Part shown: positions 45,063-52,894 of the stretch, in pieces
How positions within the stretch are numbered: position 1 is the stretch's first letter
Layout of the letters: each line of letters opens with the position of its first letter
Made by a program: the position numbers and the translations under genes
Notes under the pieces: model-generated
Told to the model about the DNA's origin: nothing
What the model saw: the letters and a program-made list of their open reading frames with translations, nothing else
Databases searched by the model: none
DNA from: Actinomycetes bacterium
GTDB lineage: Bacteria; Actinomycetota; Thermoleophilia; Gaiellales; Gaiellaceae
NCBI GenBank assembly: GCA_025964535.1
Contig: JAOPYX010000095.1
Span: 1-55,873 of the forward strand
Direction of reading: 5' to 3'
Length of the DNA stretch: 55,873 bases

Positions 45063-47183
45063 TTACTCGCCCCAGCCGTTCAGGGAGCCGCGCGGGAGCT
45101 GGCCGAAGTCCGTCTGCTGGTACCACTGCTGCTCGGTTTGTCCGCCCGTGGACGGTCGGCTGATGCTCACCTTCCAGAGGAACTGGTCGAGATCTCCGTC
45201 CGTGTCGTACGCCGTCAAGAGGACGGTGTAGAGCCCGGGAGCGAGGTTCGGAGGGAGCGTGAAGGTCAGCAGCGCGTAGTAGCCGCTCGACGAGCCGCCA
45301 TACGAGCTGCCGGACACTTGCGTGACCGTCACAGGCAGGGATCGCCCGTCGCCCATGAGGGCGGTGGGTGCAAGCGCGCCGCTACCGATGGGGCCTTCGT
45401 CGATGTAGAGAATCGCCATCGTCTGGCCTGAGCTCGTCGATCCACCCAACGAGAAGGGGAACGCCAGCAGCGATTCGCACTTCAGCCCGCCGACGGCCGG
45501 TGCCGTGGACGTCGCGGACTGGCTCGTGTCCAAGCAGCTCACCGGCGGTGTGACGGGGGCGACCGTCAACGTGCCGGCGACGAAGCTGAAGCCGTAGTTC
45601 GTCGCGGACAGGGTGCCGACCGTGCAGACGATCGGATATGTGCCGACGGGGCTCGTAGTCGTGGCGGTCGTCGTGCACGCGGGACTGCCCGTCACACCCG
45701 AGGTGGCGAGCGTCTGACCGTTCTTGAACCCGGTGATGGTCGCGGTCAAGGCCGGAATCGCTTGTCCCGCCACGATCGCGGTGTTGTTGGCGGTGACGGT
45801 CAGGGTCGCCGGCAGGATCGTGATCTTGCCGGCGACGTAGCTGACCGTATAGAGCGGGTGGGCGGCACCGGAGCAGGTGACCGGATATACGCCGACGGGG
45901 CTTCCGCCTGCCGCGGTCGTCGTGCACGTCGCCTGAGCGGTGAGCGACGCTGCGGTGTCGCCGTTGACGAAGCCGGCATAGGTCGGGCTCACAGCGGGGA
46001 CCGCGTCGCCGTACGTGATCGTGGCAGAGGACGCCGTGACCGTCAGGGGGGCTGCGTCCTGCATGACGCTGAGCTGGAACTGGAGGCTGCCCGACCCCGG
46101 CTGGTTGTTGACGTCGCCGACGTAGGACGCTGTGAGTGCATAGGTCTTCGTCAGCCAGCCGCTGACCGTCTTCGACGCGTTGCCACTTGCATCGAGGGGC
46201 GCGTCGCCGAGCAACTGACCGTCGGCGTAGAAGAGCACTCTGTTACCGGCCGGAGGCGTTGTCGTCCTCCCCGTCTGTGTGACGTGCGCGACGACGGTTA
46301 CCGACTGGCCCGCGACGATGCGGTTCGGCGACGCCGTCACGGTTGTCGTCGTTTGCACCGCCGTGACCACCGGCGCAAGCTGGAATGTGAGGTTGGAGCT
46401 GCTCGAGGAGTGGTCGACGCTGTCTCCGCTGTAGAGCGCCACCACCGAGTGCGACCCGGCTGTGAAGCCGTTGACGGTCAGCGTGGCGGTTCCATTGGCG
46501 TCGACGGGAGCGGTGTCGAGCAGCACGCCGTTGTCGTTGAAGGAGACCTCTCCGGTTGGTTTCGGCGTGGTGCCGTCGGACCTTGCGACGACGGCGGTGA
46601 AGGTCTCGGGCTGACCGGTCACGACGGTGGTCGGGCTGTTGGTGAGCGTCACCGTCGTGTTGTGGACGACGGCGAGCGCTGCCACGGTGAGCGGCCGCAG
46701 GGCAGAGGCCGAGGTGAAGAAGCTGAAGAAGTTGGTACTCGAGTACGTCGCCTTGATCGAGTAGGAGCCGGCGGCAAAGGCTGTGGTGACGAGCGTGGCC
46801 TGCGACGTCGTGCTCGAGCCCGCAACCGGCGCAAGGACGGCGCTCCCGATCTGACCGGAGTTGGATCCTCCGACCGAGTCGAACCTCACGCTCCCCGGCG
46901 GGTTGCCGCCGGTGCCGGTGACCGTTGCCGTCAGCGTGACGGATCCGCCCGGCACGGTGGATGTGGGAGACACGGTCAGGACGGTGGTCGTCAAGGGATT
47001 GGCGACGTCGGCCGACGCGGGGGCCGATCCCACCATGAGGACGAGCATCGACAGCGCTATAAGCGCGGGCACAACGAACGCGCGCGAACTCCGCGCCCCT
47101 GGAAAGCATGCCGCAGGCATCAGGAACCGTACAAAGGATAGTCGCCTCGGGGCTTGTTGCAAACCCCGCGAAGAGGGACTCAT
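45063..47183 (-). CDS. secreted multi-domain protein: Ig-like (Big_3-type) repeats, two MBG (YGX-type) domains, C-terminal beta-sandwich
   Basis: Signal peptide ending APASA-DV. Repeats of the type TTVTLTNSP...GEVSFNDNGVLLDTAPVDANGTATLTV...GSHSVVALYSGD. Two modules LTVTA...YGD...GFVNGDT...VGVYPV...Y.VSYV.G.ITI typical of MBG domains. No LPXTG motif. ATGA overlap with the upstream gene; alternative ATG at 47120. Confidence 0.85.
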   Translation of the reverse strand: MSPSSRGLQQAPRRLSFVRFLMPAACFPGARSSRAFVVPALIALSMLVLMVGSAPASADVANPLTTTVLTVSPTSTVPGGSVTLTATVTGTGGNPPGSVRFDSVGGSNSGQIGSAVLAPVAGSSTTSQATLVTTAFAAGSYSIKATYSSTNFFSFFTSASALRPLTVAALAVVHNTTVTLTNSPTTVVTGQPETFTAVVARSDGTTPKPTGEVSFNDNGVLLDTAPVDANGTATLTVNGFTAGSHSVVALYSGDSVDHSSSSSNLTFQLAPVVTAVQTTTTVTASPNRIVAGQSVTVVAHVTQTGRTTTPPAGNRVLFYADGQLLGDAPLDASGNASKTVSGWLTKTYALTASYVGDVNNQPGSGSLQFQLSVMQDAAPLTVTASSATITYGDAVPAVSPTYAGFVNGDTAASLTAQATCTTTAAGGSPVGVYPVTCSGAAHPLYTVSYVAGKITILPATLTVTANNTAIVAGQAIPALTATITGFKNGQTLATSGVTGSPACTTTATTTSPVGTYPIVCTVGTLSATNYGFSFVAGTLTVAPVTPPVSCLDTSQSATSTAPAVGGLKCESLLAFPFSLGGSTSSGQTMAILYIDEGPIGSGALAPTALMGDGRSLPVTVTQVSGSSYGGSSSGYYALLTFTLPPNLAPGLYTVLLTAYDTDGDLDQFLWKVSISRPSTGGQTEQQWYQQTDFGQLPRGSLNGWGE

Positions 47184-48298
47184 CCCTGGGCCTTCCAGAC
47201 GAGGTCGATCGACGCGGCCAGGCCTTGGTCGGCATTCCCTGCGGTCGCCGGCAGGAAGAGCTCGATCACGAGCCGGATCGACTCACCCGGGCGAAGCGTG
47301 GCGAGCGCATTGTCCTGCTGCGTCCACCACAGCAATGCCGGCAACGGAGTGGGCGCCGCCGTGCCTGCCTCCCAGACGCCCATGTCGAGGTCGTGCCACA
47401 GCTGATTCTGGGATCCCCGCGCACGTAGAGATAGCGTGAACGGCTGATCGGAGTCGTTCCGGAGCGTCAGCACCTCGGATGCGGCGGCTCCGGGTGCCAT
47501 GTTCGCCGCATGGATCCAGCAGGTCGAGTGGTCGCTCGCGATCGTGAGGCCGCTCGTGCCGCACGGCCCGCCGGAAGGCGGAGGCGCGACCGGAGGCGCC
47601 GGCTGCTGCGGAGCAGCTGGGGGTGGCGCCGGCGTGGTGGTCGTCGTGGGCGTCGTCGTGGTGGTCGGCGTCGTCGTTGTGGTCGGGGTGGTCGGGACGG
47701 GCCTGGTGGTCGGAGGCGGTGCAGTCGTCGTCGTCTCGGTCGTCGTCGGAGCGGGTGTCGGCGGGCGGCCGCCGAAGCCCTGATTCGGGGGCGGAACGGC
47801 GTTGTTGTTGCTCGGCGGCACGATCGGCGGCGGGGTGCCGAGCCCCGGCACCGGCTGGAGGCCCTGGTCGGGTGGCGCGGTCGGCGGGCCGGTGGCCGCG
47901 AAGCTGCTCACGGTGCCGTCTGCCGCCTGTGCGAACTGCGGGATCTGGCTGCCTCCCGTGGCCTGCCCGACGAGGTTGCGGCCCGCGCTCGAGGCTGCGT
48001 GTTGTCCGATCGTCGGGCGGTTGAACCCTCCGAGGCTGCTCAACGAGGTGGCCAGGTACTGCTGGTCGGCAACCGCCTGGGCGATGACCGCCGGGTCGAG
48101 CGGCGCGAGCGTTGCGGCCTGCCCCGACGCCCCGCGGATCGGCTCGATGTAGTCCAGGTGAACCCCGACGAGGGCGGGGTTGGGGCGAGCGATCGCAGGG
48201 ACGCCCGCGGCATGTCCGGCCGCCGAGCCGTAGAGGACGGCAGCGAATGCCGTCGTCGTGAAGGCCGCGAGACGTCGGCGCCCGTTCACGTGGGCCAC
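47180..48298 (-). CDS. secreted protein: N-terminal region, Pro/Thr-rich linker, C-terminal TasA/camelysin-like domain
   Basis: Sec-type signal (AAVLYGSAAGHAAG) and linker TTPTTTTTPTTTTTPTTTTTPAPPP. The C-terminal 130 aa end in LFLPATAGNADQGLAASIDLVWKAQG, parallel to the C-terminal motif of the TasA-like paralogues upstream. Confidence 0.7.
   Translation of the reverse strand: MAHVNGRRRLAAFTTTAFAAVLYGSAAGHAAGVPAIARPNPALVGVHLDYIEPIRGASGQAATLAPLDPAVIAQAVADQQYLATSLSSLGGFNRPTIGQHAASSAGRNLVGQATGGSQIPQFAQAADGTVSSFAATGPPTAPPDQGLQPVPGLGTPPPIVPPSNNNAVPPPNQGFGGRPPTPAPTTTETTTTAPPPTTRPVPTTPTTTTTPTTTTTPTTTTTPAPPPAAPQQPAPPVAPPPSGGPCGTSGLTIASDHSTCWIHAANMAPGAAASEVLTLRNDSDQPFTLSLRARGSQNQLWHDLDMGVWEAGTAAPTPLPALLWWTQQDNALATLRPGESIRLVIELFLPATAGNADQGLAASIDLVWKAQG
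47631..47684 (-). repeat. 18-nt x3 coding tandem repeat encoding (PTTTTT)3
   Basis: ggcgtggtggtcgtcgtg / ggcgtcgtcgtggtggtc / ggcgtcgtcgttgtggtc on the plus strand. Confidence 0.85.
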
Positions 48299-49257
48299 CG
48301 CCGGTTGGCGACGCGGGCCGAGAAGGCGGCGAAGATGAGCACTGCCCCGACGAGCCCGAGGGCCGCGTACAGGCGCACGGCCCGCCCGGTGGAGGAGCTG
48401 TTGTCCTTCAACGAGACACCGAGCACCGCCACGGGCTGGTGGTCGAGGATCAGCCGGCCGAGTGCTTCTCGCTCCCGGCCGTGGACGTATCGGGTCAGGA
48501 TCGCCGCGCCTCCGATCAGCGCCCGCGCTTCATAGGGGCCGATGGCGCCCGGCGTGAAGGAGGCGGTTGTTGCAATGGCGTGGCCGACGGTGTCGTACGC
48601 CGTCAGGTCGGCGGCGACCTGCTGCGAGAGTCGGCCCAGCGCGTCGGCGAGCGGAGTCATCACCAGAACGACGCCCACGGCCTTCGATCCGCTTCGGATC
48701 GGCCCGACCGTCACGATCGTGGGGCCGCTTCGGAAGATCACGACCTCGCTGAAGCGACCTCCGCGGTGGCCTCGGGCCTGTCGCAGAGCCTGGGCGATGG
48801 CCGGCATGCCGGCACGGCTCGCCACCGGCGCAGGCGCTCCCTTGGAACGCACCGCGAGCTCGACGCGCCCATCCGGCAGGACGATGTCGACCATCGGCAC
48901 GCTGGAGTTGGCCTGGAGCGGCGTCACGAGGCGGTTGAGCGTCGCGGAGTCGTGTGCGGCTAGAGCGTTGCCCACGCCTGTCGTGAAGGTGATCGCGCGG
49001 AGCGCCGATAGGTGCTCGGCCTCGAGCGTCACGAGCGCGGCGTCAGCTCCGGCGCCGCCGTCGCGCAACCGCGTGTCGAGGTTCGCCCGCACGCCGTCGG
49101 TTGCGCGCTGGCCGGCCCACGTGATGGCGAGGACCGCGACGAGGAGACCGAGCGCGAGGTGGAGCCACTGCTGCTGGAACCAGCGCACGCGCCGCCCGCC
49201 GGAACGAGACGGGCGTTCCGCCCTTGGCTCGGGCGTCCGGCCGCGGGTACGTGGCAC
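48286..49257 (-). CDS. bitopic-pair membrane protein: two TM helices flanking a ~250-aa extracytoplasmic sensor-like domain, no output domain
   Basis: GTG 49257 (alternative GTG 49188). Arg-rich N-terminus, TM1 LHLALGLLVAVLAITWA, periplasmic domain, and TM2 LYAALGLVGAVLIFAAF followed by only about 10 aa. Confidence 0.6.
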   Translation of the reverse strand: MPRTRGRTPEPRAERPSRSGGRRVRWFQQQWLHLALGLLVAVLAITWAGQRATDGVRANLDTRLRDGGAGADAALVTLEAEHLSALRAITFTTGVGNALAAHDSATLNRLVTPLQANSSVPMVDIVLPDGRVELAVRSKGAPAPVASRAGMPAIAQALRQARGHRGGRFSEVVIFRSGPTIVTVGPIRSGSKAVGVVLVMTPLADALGRLSQQVAADLTAYDTVGHAIATTASFTPGAIGPYEARALIGGAAILTRYVHGREREALGRLILDHQPVAVLGVSLKDNSSSTGRAVRLYAALGLVGAVLIFAAFSARVANRRWPT

Positions 49258-49270
49258 GACGCTGCGAGCC

Positions 49271-50191
49271 TCAGAACGTGGTGGAGCTCGTCGGCTGGCA
49301 GGTCGTGCTCGTCGCGGTGCAGATCGTCGCCTGGTGCGTGGTGATCGTCGACAAGATGCCCGCGGCCGGCGTGAGCGTCCAGGTGCCCGAGACGGTCGAG
49401 GTGCCGATGGCCGTTCCAAGGGTGATGGTCATCGTCCACGGCGCCGAGGCCGAAAGCGTGAAGGCGGAGCTCGTGTACGCGACGTTGCTGCCGAGTGTTC
49501 CCCCGGTGAGCTTGCCGACGGAGTAGGCGTCGGTGCTTGCTGCGCAGGTCGCCTGTGTGTCGCCGATCACGATCGTCCCGGTCGCCCAGACGCAGACCTT
49601 GATCGGGCTCGCCGGCAGGATCGGCTTCTGGTTGAACGTGATGACGATCTTGTCGTTGCAGTCGATCTTGCCACTGGCCGTCGCCGGCGCCCCGCCGCAG
49701 CGTCCGGCGGCATTCGACGTCGAGAGGCCGTTCGCGACGAGCCCCAGCTGCAGGACCTGGTCCAGCTGGGCGGTCCACACTGTGGCGGAGGTGCTGACGA
49801 GCTCGTAGCAAAACCAGTCGCCGTTGTTGGTGGCGCTGCCGCTGCTGCTGTCGGTGTAGCTGTTTGTCGCCGCGGGAAGCGTCGAGATCAAGGTGTAGGC
49901 GGCGCCCGTGCAGTCGGAGCTCGTGCCGTTGTCGACTCCGGTGAGCTGCTGTCCGGTAACGGGCCCGTGCGTGCCCGGTGTCCAGGAGAAGGTCACGTCG
50001 TAGCCGCTCGGCGTCGAGACCAGCGCAGCGGGTGCATCGACCCACCCACCGGCAAACGTCGAGGCGGCGTTCTGCGTCTCACCGTTGAAGAGCGCAGTCG
50101 TGTTGCCGACGACTCCGCTGCTGAGGGCGAGTGCTGCGGCGCTGAGAGTGACGATCGCGAGGGCGGCCCGCCGCAGGGCCTTGGGGCTCAC
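49271..50191 (-). CDS. secreted Cys/Thr-rich protein with SipW-cognate-type signal peptide (divergent, lacks the TasA-like C-terminal motif)
   Basis: GTG 50191 (GTGA overlap with the peptidase stop). N-terminus AALAIVTLSAAALALSSGVVGNTTALFNGETQNAASTFAGG parallels the other three signal regions. Eight Cys. Confidence 0.7.
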   Translation of the reverse strand: MSPKALRRAALAIVTLSAAALALSSGVVGNTTALFNGETQNAASTFAGGWVDAPAALVSTPSGYDVTFSWTPGTHGPVTGQQLTGVDNGTSSDCTGAAYTLISTLPAATNSYTDSSSGSATNNGDWFCYELVSTSATVWTAQLDQVLQLGLVANGLSTSNAAGRCGGAPATASGKIDCNDKIVITFNQKPILPASPIKVCVWATGTIVIGDTQATCAASTDAYSVGKLTGGTLGSNVAYTSSAFTLSASAPWTMTITLGTAIGTSTVSGTWTLTPAAGILSTITTHQATICTATSTTCQPTSSTTF

Positions 50192-50778
50192 GTCGGTGCG
50201 CCCTTCCCGCGGTCTCGCCAGATTTCATAGAGCGTGATCGCTCCGAGCCCGAGGGCCGGGATGAGCAGCAGCAGCAGCCGCGCGGTCGTCGACTGGAGGT
50301 CGGCGAGGACGTAGCCGGCGACGGGCACGTGGAAGCCGGCCACCCAACCCGTGCCGACTGCCGGAACGCGCCAGTCGTCCGGTGCGGCGTTCGCGTCGCC
50401 CTTCGTCTCGAAATACCGTCCGGCCGAGCTGGTGCCGATCTTGTAGACACGGTGCGTCACGCGCTCGCCGGTCTGGCCTGGCCTCGCGAAGACGATGATC
50501 TGCCCGACCGTGACCTTGTTGGCCGGGACCCGGTGATAGAAGACGACCGAGCCCGTAGGGATCGTCGGCGCCATGCTGCCGGAGCGCACGACGAGCGCCT
50601 GGTACGGGAGCACGCGCGGCCCGATCGTGAGCGCGAGCAGGCCGACCACGAGCACCGCTCCCACGGCCAGGATCAGCGGCGAGATCACTCGCCAGATCCA
50701 CCGCTGCTGGGTCGGTGCGCTCGCGGCCCCGGTCGAGGGCACCTCGGAGCCAGGCTGTTGCGGGACGGCTGGTTCCAT
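50188..50778 (-). CDS. sipW: archaeal/ER-type signal peptidase I (S26B, SipW-like)
   Basis: N-terminal TM, box B RSGSMAPTIPTGS, box D His in ERVTHRVYKI, box E TKGDANAAPDDW, and a C-terminal TM LLLLLIPALGLGAITLY. Start is ATG 50778 or ATG 50853. Confidence 0.85.
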   Translation of the reverse strand: MEPAVPQQPGSEVPSTGAASAPTQQRWIWRVISPLILAVGAVLVVGLLALTIGPRVLPYQALVVRSGSMAPTIPTGSVVFYHRVPANKVTVGQIIVFARPGQTGERVTHRVYKIGTSSAGRYFETKGDANAAPDDWRVPAVGTGWVAGFHVPVAGYVLADLQSTTARLLLLLIPALGLGAITLYEIWRDRGKGAPT

Positions 50779-50834
50779 GGGTATGCCCCCAGTGTTCTCG
50801 TCGGCCAGGAACTGGCCAGTGGGCTGGACCGACG

Positions 50835-51569
50835 TCAGCTCGTGATGTGCCATGTGACTCCGAACTGCGCCGCCTGACCCTGCAATGTATTGCTTGCGTT
50901 GGACGGTAGTTGCATACCGATGAGGAAATACCGCGCCTGGCCGTGCGCAGGCCCGCTGCCGAGATCGAATGCGCTCGTGATCGCCGATGCGTTGGCGGAG
51001 AAGACGTAGAGGGAGTGCGCGACGAAGGTGCATGGGCCCGTGTCGCTTGGGAAGAGGCAGCTCGCGACGGGATTCCACGACGCATCGGTTTCCTGGATGT
51101 AGAACTGCGCACCGCCGGGCCCGCACGGGTCCCCGCCGCCAGGTGCGGGCGCGCCGGGCGTGACGCCGTTCGTGCAGCTCGGCATGTACACCGAGAGGTC
51201 GGACGCGTCGATCGAGCCGTTGTTCAGGATCGTGACCTTCGCGGTAACCGGGTTGCCCGGGTAGTTCTGCGTCGCCGAGGTGAACAGCGCCTGGCACGCG
51301 GTGTTCACGTTGCCGGGGCTGGCCGGTCCTCCGTAGGAGAAGCAGGCGGTCCCGGTGTTCACGATGTTGCTGAGCGTCAGGGTGCCGGACGCGATCGACG
51401 CCTTGGCGTTCGACTCCTGCGAGTTGAGGAGGGCGAACGTCGTCCCCGCCGTCAATGAGCTCAGCGCGCCGATGACGATCAAGCTCGCAAGGATCTGCTT
51501 GACCCGCCAGGTCGACGAGCTCCGGCCGGAGCACCCGCGGACGCGGCGATATGTGCGGCCGCCGGTCAC
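50835..51569 (-). CDS. TasA/camelysin-like secreted protein, short paralogue (244 aa)
   Basis: GTG 51569 (GTGA overlap). Signal region LIVIGALSSLTAGTTFALLNSQESNAKASIASGTLTL and C-terminal SNASNTLQGQAAQFGVTWHITS. Confidence 0.75.
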   Translation of the reverse strand: MTGGRTYRRVRGCSGRSSSTWRVKQILASLIVIGALSSLTAGTTFALLNSQESNAKASIASGTLTLSNIVNTGTACFSYGGPASPGNVNTACQALFTSATQNYPGNPVTAKVTILNNGSIDASDLSVYMPSCTNGVTPGAPAPGGGDPCGPGGAQFYIQETDASWNPVASCLFPSDTGPCTFVAHSLYVFSANASAITSAFDLGSGPAHGQARYFLIGMQLPSNASNTLQGQAAQFGVTWHITS

Positions 51570-52861
51570 TGGTCGATGTGCCATGTGATGCCGAAAGTGG
51601 ACGCGAGGCCTTGCAGTTGATTCTGGTTCGTTCCGGCCGGGGCTGGCACATACAGCCCGACCTGGAAGGTGCGCGAGTACGTGCCGGAGCCGAAGTGGCT
51701 CAGCTGCACCGGTGCAGCCGTGTCGACCGCACCGTTGGCCGTGACCGGGTAGAGCTGGATCCGGCCGATGCTCCCGTGCGCCGTGTCGAAGTTCGTGATC
51801 GTGTCCGCCGTGTCGGAGTTCAGCGTCCCCTGGGTTGTCGAATCGACGACGGTCGAGGTGATCGGATACGCGAAGTTCGGTGTCGCCGACGTGATCGCCA
51901 GGCTGGTCGCGCCGAAGCCGGCCGCCGCGGTGGTGGTGAAGGTCTGCGTGTTGGAGCCCGACGTGACGACGATGGAGTCGCCGCTCGCCACGTTGCCGTT
52001 CAGCGCAGTCACGGGGAGCGCGGTGATGGCGCCGCCGGTGCTCAGGGCGGTCCGGATGCTCACCGAGATGGGAGCGGTGCACGCGCCGTTCGCGGCCTCA
52101 GGGCTCGAGCCCTTGCCGAGCCAGCAGTAGTTGTTTCCACCGGTCGTCTCCTGCACGAAGATCAGCGTCGCTGCGCAGAAGGGATTGCCCGCCGCCGGAT
52201 TGAAGTTCAGGTCGGTGCCCTTCGTCGCGCCGGCCGCACCCGCCACAGTCGTCTTCGCGTCGAAGCAATTCGTGTTGTTCACGCTCGAGTTGCTGCTCGT
52301 GTCGGTGACGCTGCTGCCGACTGGATACGAGAAGTTGGCAACCTGTGACGTCACGCTGATCGATGTCGCTGCGCCACTCGCTCCGGCGCTCGCGACGAAC
52401 GTCTGGGTGTGCGTCCCGTAGCTCACGACGATCGAGTCACCGTTCGTGACGGTGCCTTCGAGGGGCGTGACGGTCAGCGTCGTCGCGGCGGTGCCGCTCG
52501 ACAGTCCGGCGTTCAGCGTCGCGTTCACCGAGGACGCCCAGAAGAAGAGCTTGGAGGCATCGATGCTGCCGGTGTTCTGGATGGTGATCTGAGCGGTCCC
52601 GGCAAAGACGCCGGGCGCGACGTTCGCGAGCGTGAGCGCTGCATTGCACGCGGGGTTCGCGTTGTTGATCGACGTCGCATTCGCAGACAGACAGGCTGTG
52701 TTGGTGTTGACGGTGTCGCTCATGGTCAAGGTGCCGGACGCGATCGAGCTCCCGCTGTTCGAGGTCTCTGCCGAGAACGATGCGAAGGTGCCGCCACCTC
52801 CGAAGTAGGTGGCGGCACCAAAGAGCATCAGGCCCATCAGGAGCTTCTTCAGACCGACCAT
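51566..52861 (-). CDS. TasA/camelysin-like secreted protein with two inserted ~75-aa modules (431 aa)
   Basis: Signal region LMLFGAATYFGGGGTFASFSAETSNSGSSIASGTLTM closely parallels B. subtilis TasA (GGGTWAAFNDIKSKDATFASGTLDL). C-terminal NQNQLQGLASTFGITWHIDQ. Confidence 0.78.
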   Translation of the reverse strand: MVGLKKLLMGLMLFGAATYFGGGGTFASFSAETSNSGSSIASGTLTMSDTVNTNTACLSANATSINNANPACNAALTLANVAPGVFAGTAQITIQNTGSIDASKLFFWASSVNATLNAGLSSGTAATTLTVTPLEGTVTNGDSIVVSYGTHTQTFVASAGASGAATSISVTSQVANFSYPVGSSVTDTSSNSSVNNTNCFDAKTTVAGAAGATKGTDLNFNPAAGNPFCAATLIFVQETTGGNNYCWLGKGSSPEAANGACTAPISVSIRTALSTGGAITALPVTALNGNVASGDSIVVTSGSNTQTFTTTAAAGFGATSLAITSATPNFAYPITSTVVDSTTQGTLNSDTADTITNFDTAHGSIGRIQLYPVTANGAVDTAAPVQLSHFGSGTYSRTFQVGLYVPAPAGTNQNQLQGLASTFGITWHIDQ

Positions 52862-52894
52862 GTAGTCAGTCAGCTGGCGATCCGGCGGGTCACG

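Noticed and set aside
50835-51584. ATG start candidates at 51584 (and 50853 for the peptidase) that overlap the preceding gene by 19 nt
   Set aside because: Both ATGs arise inside the conserved C-terminal codons ...acATGGCACATC... (T-W-H-I) of the upstream TasA-like genes, so they are by-products of that motif. GTG 51569 (GTGA coupling) is preferred for the 244-aa paralogue, and ATG 50778 for the peptidase. 50853 cannot be excluded for the peptidase.
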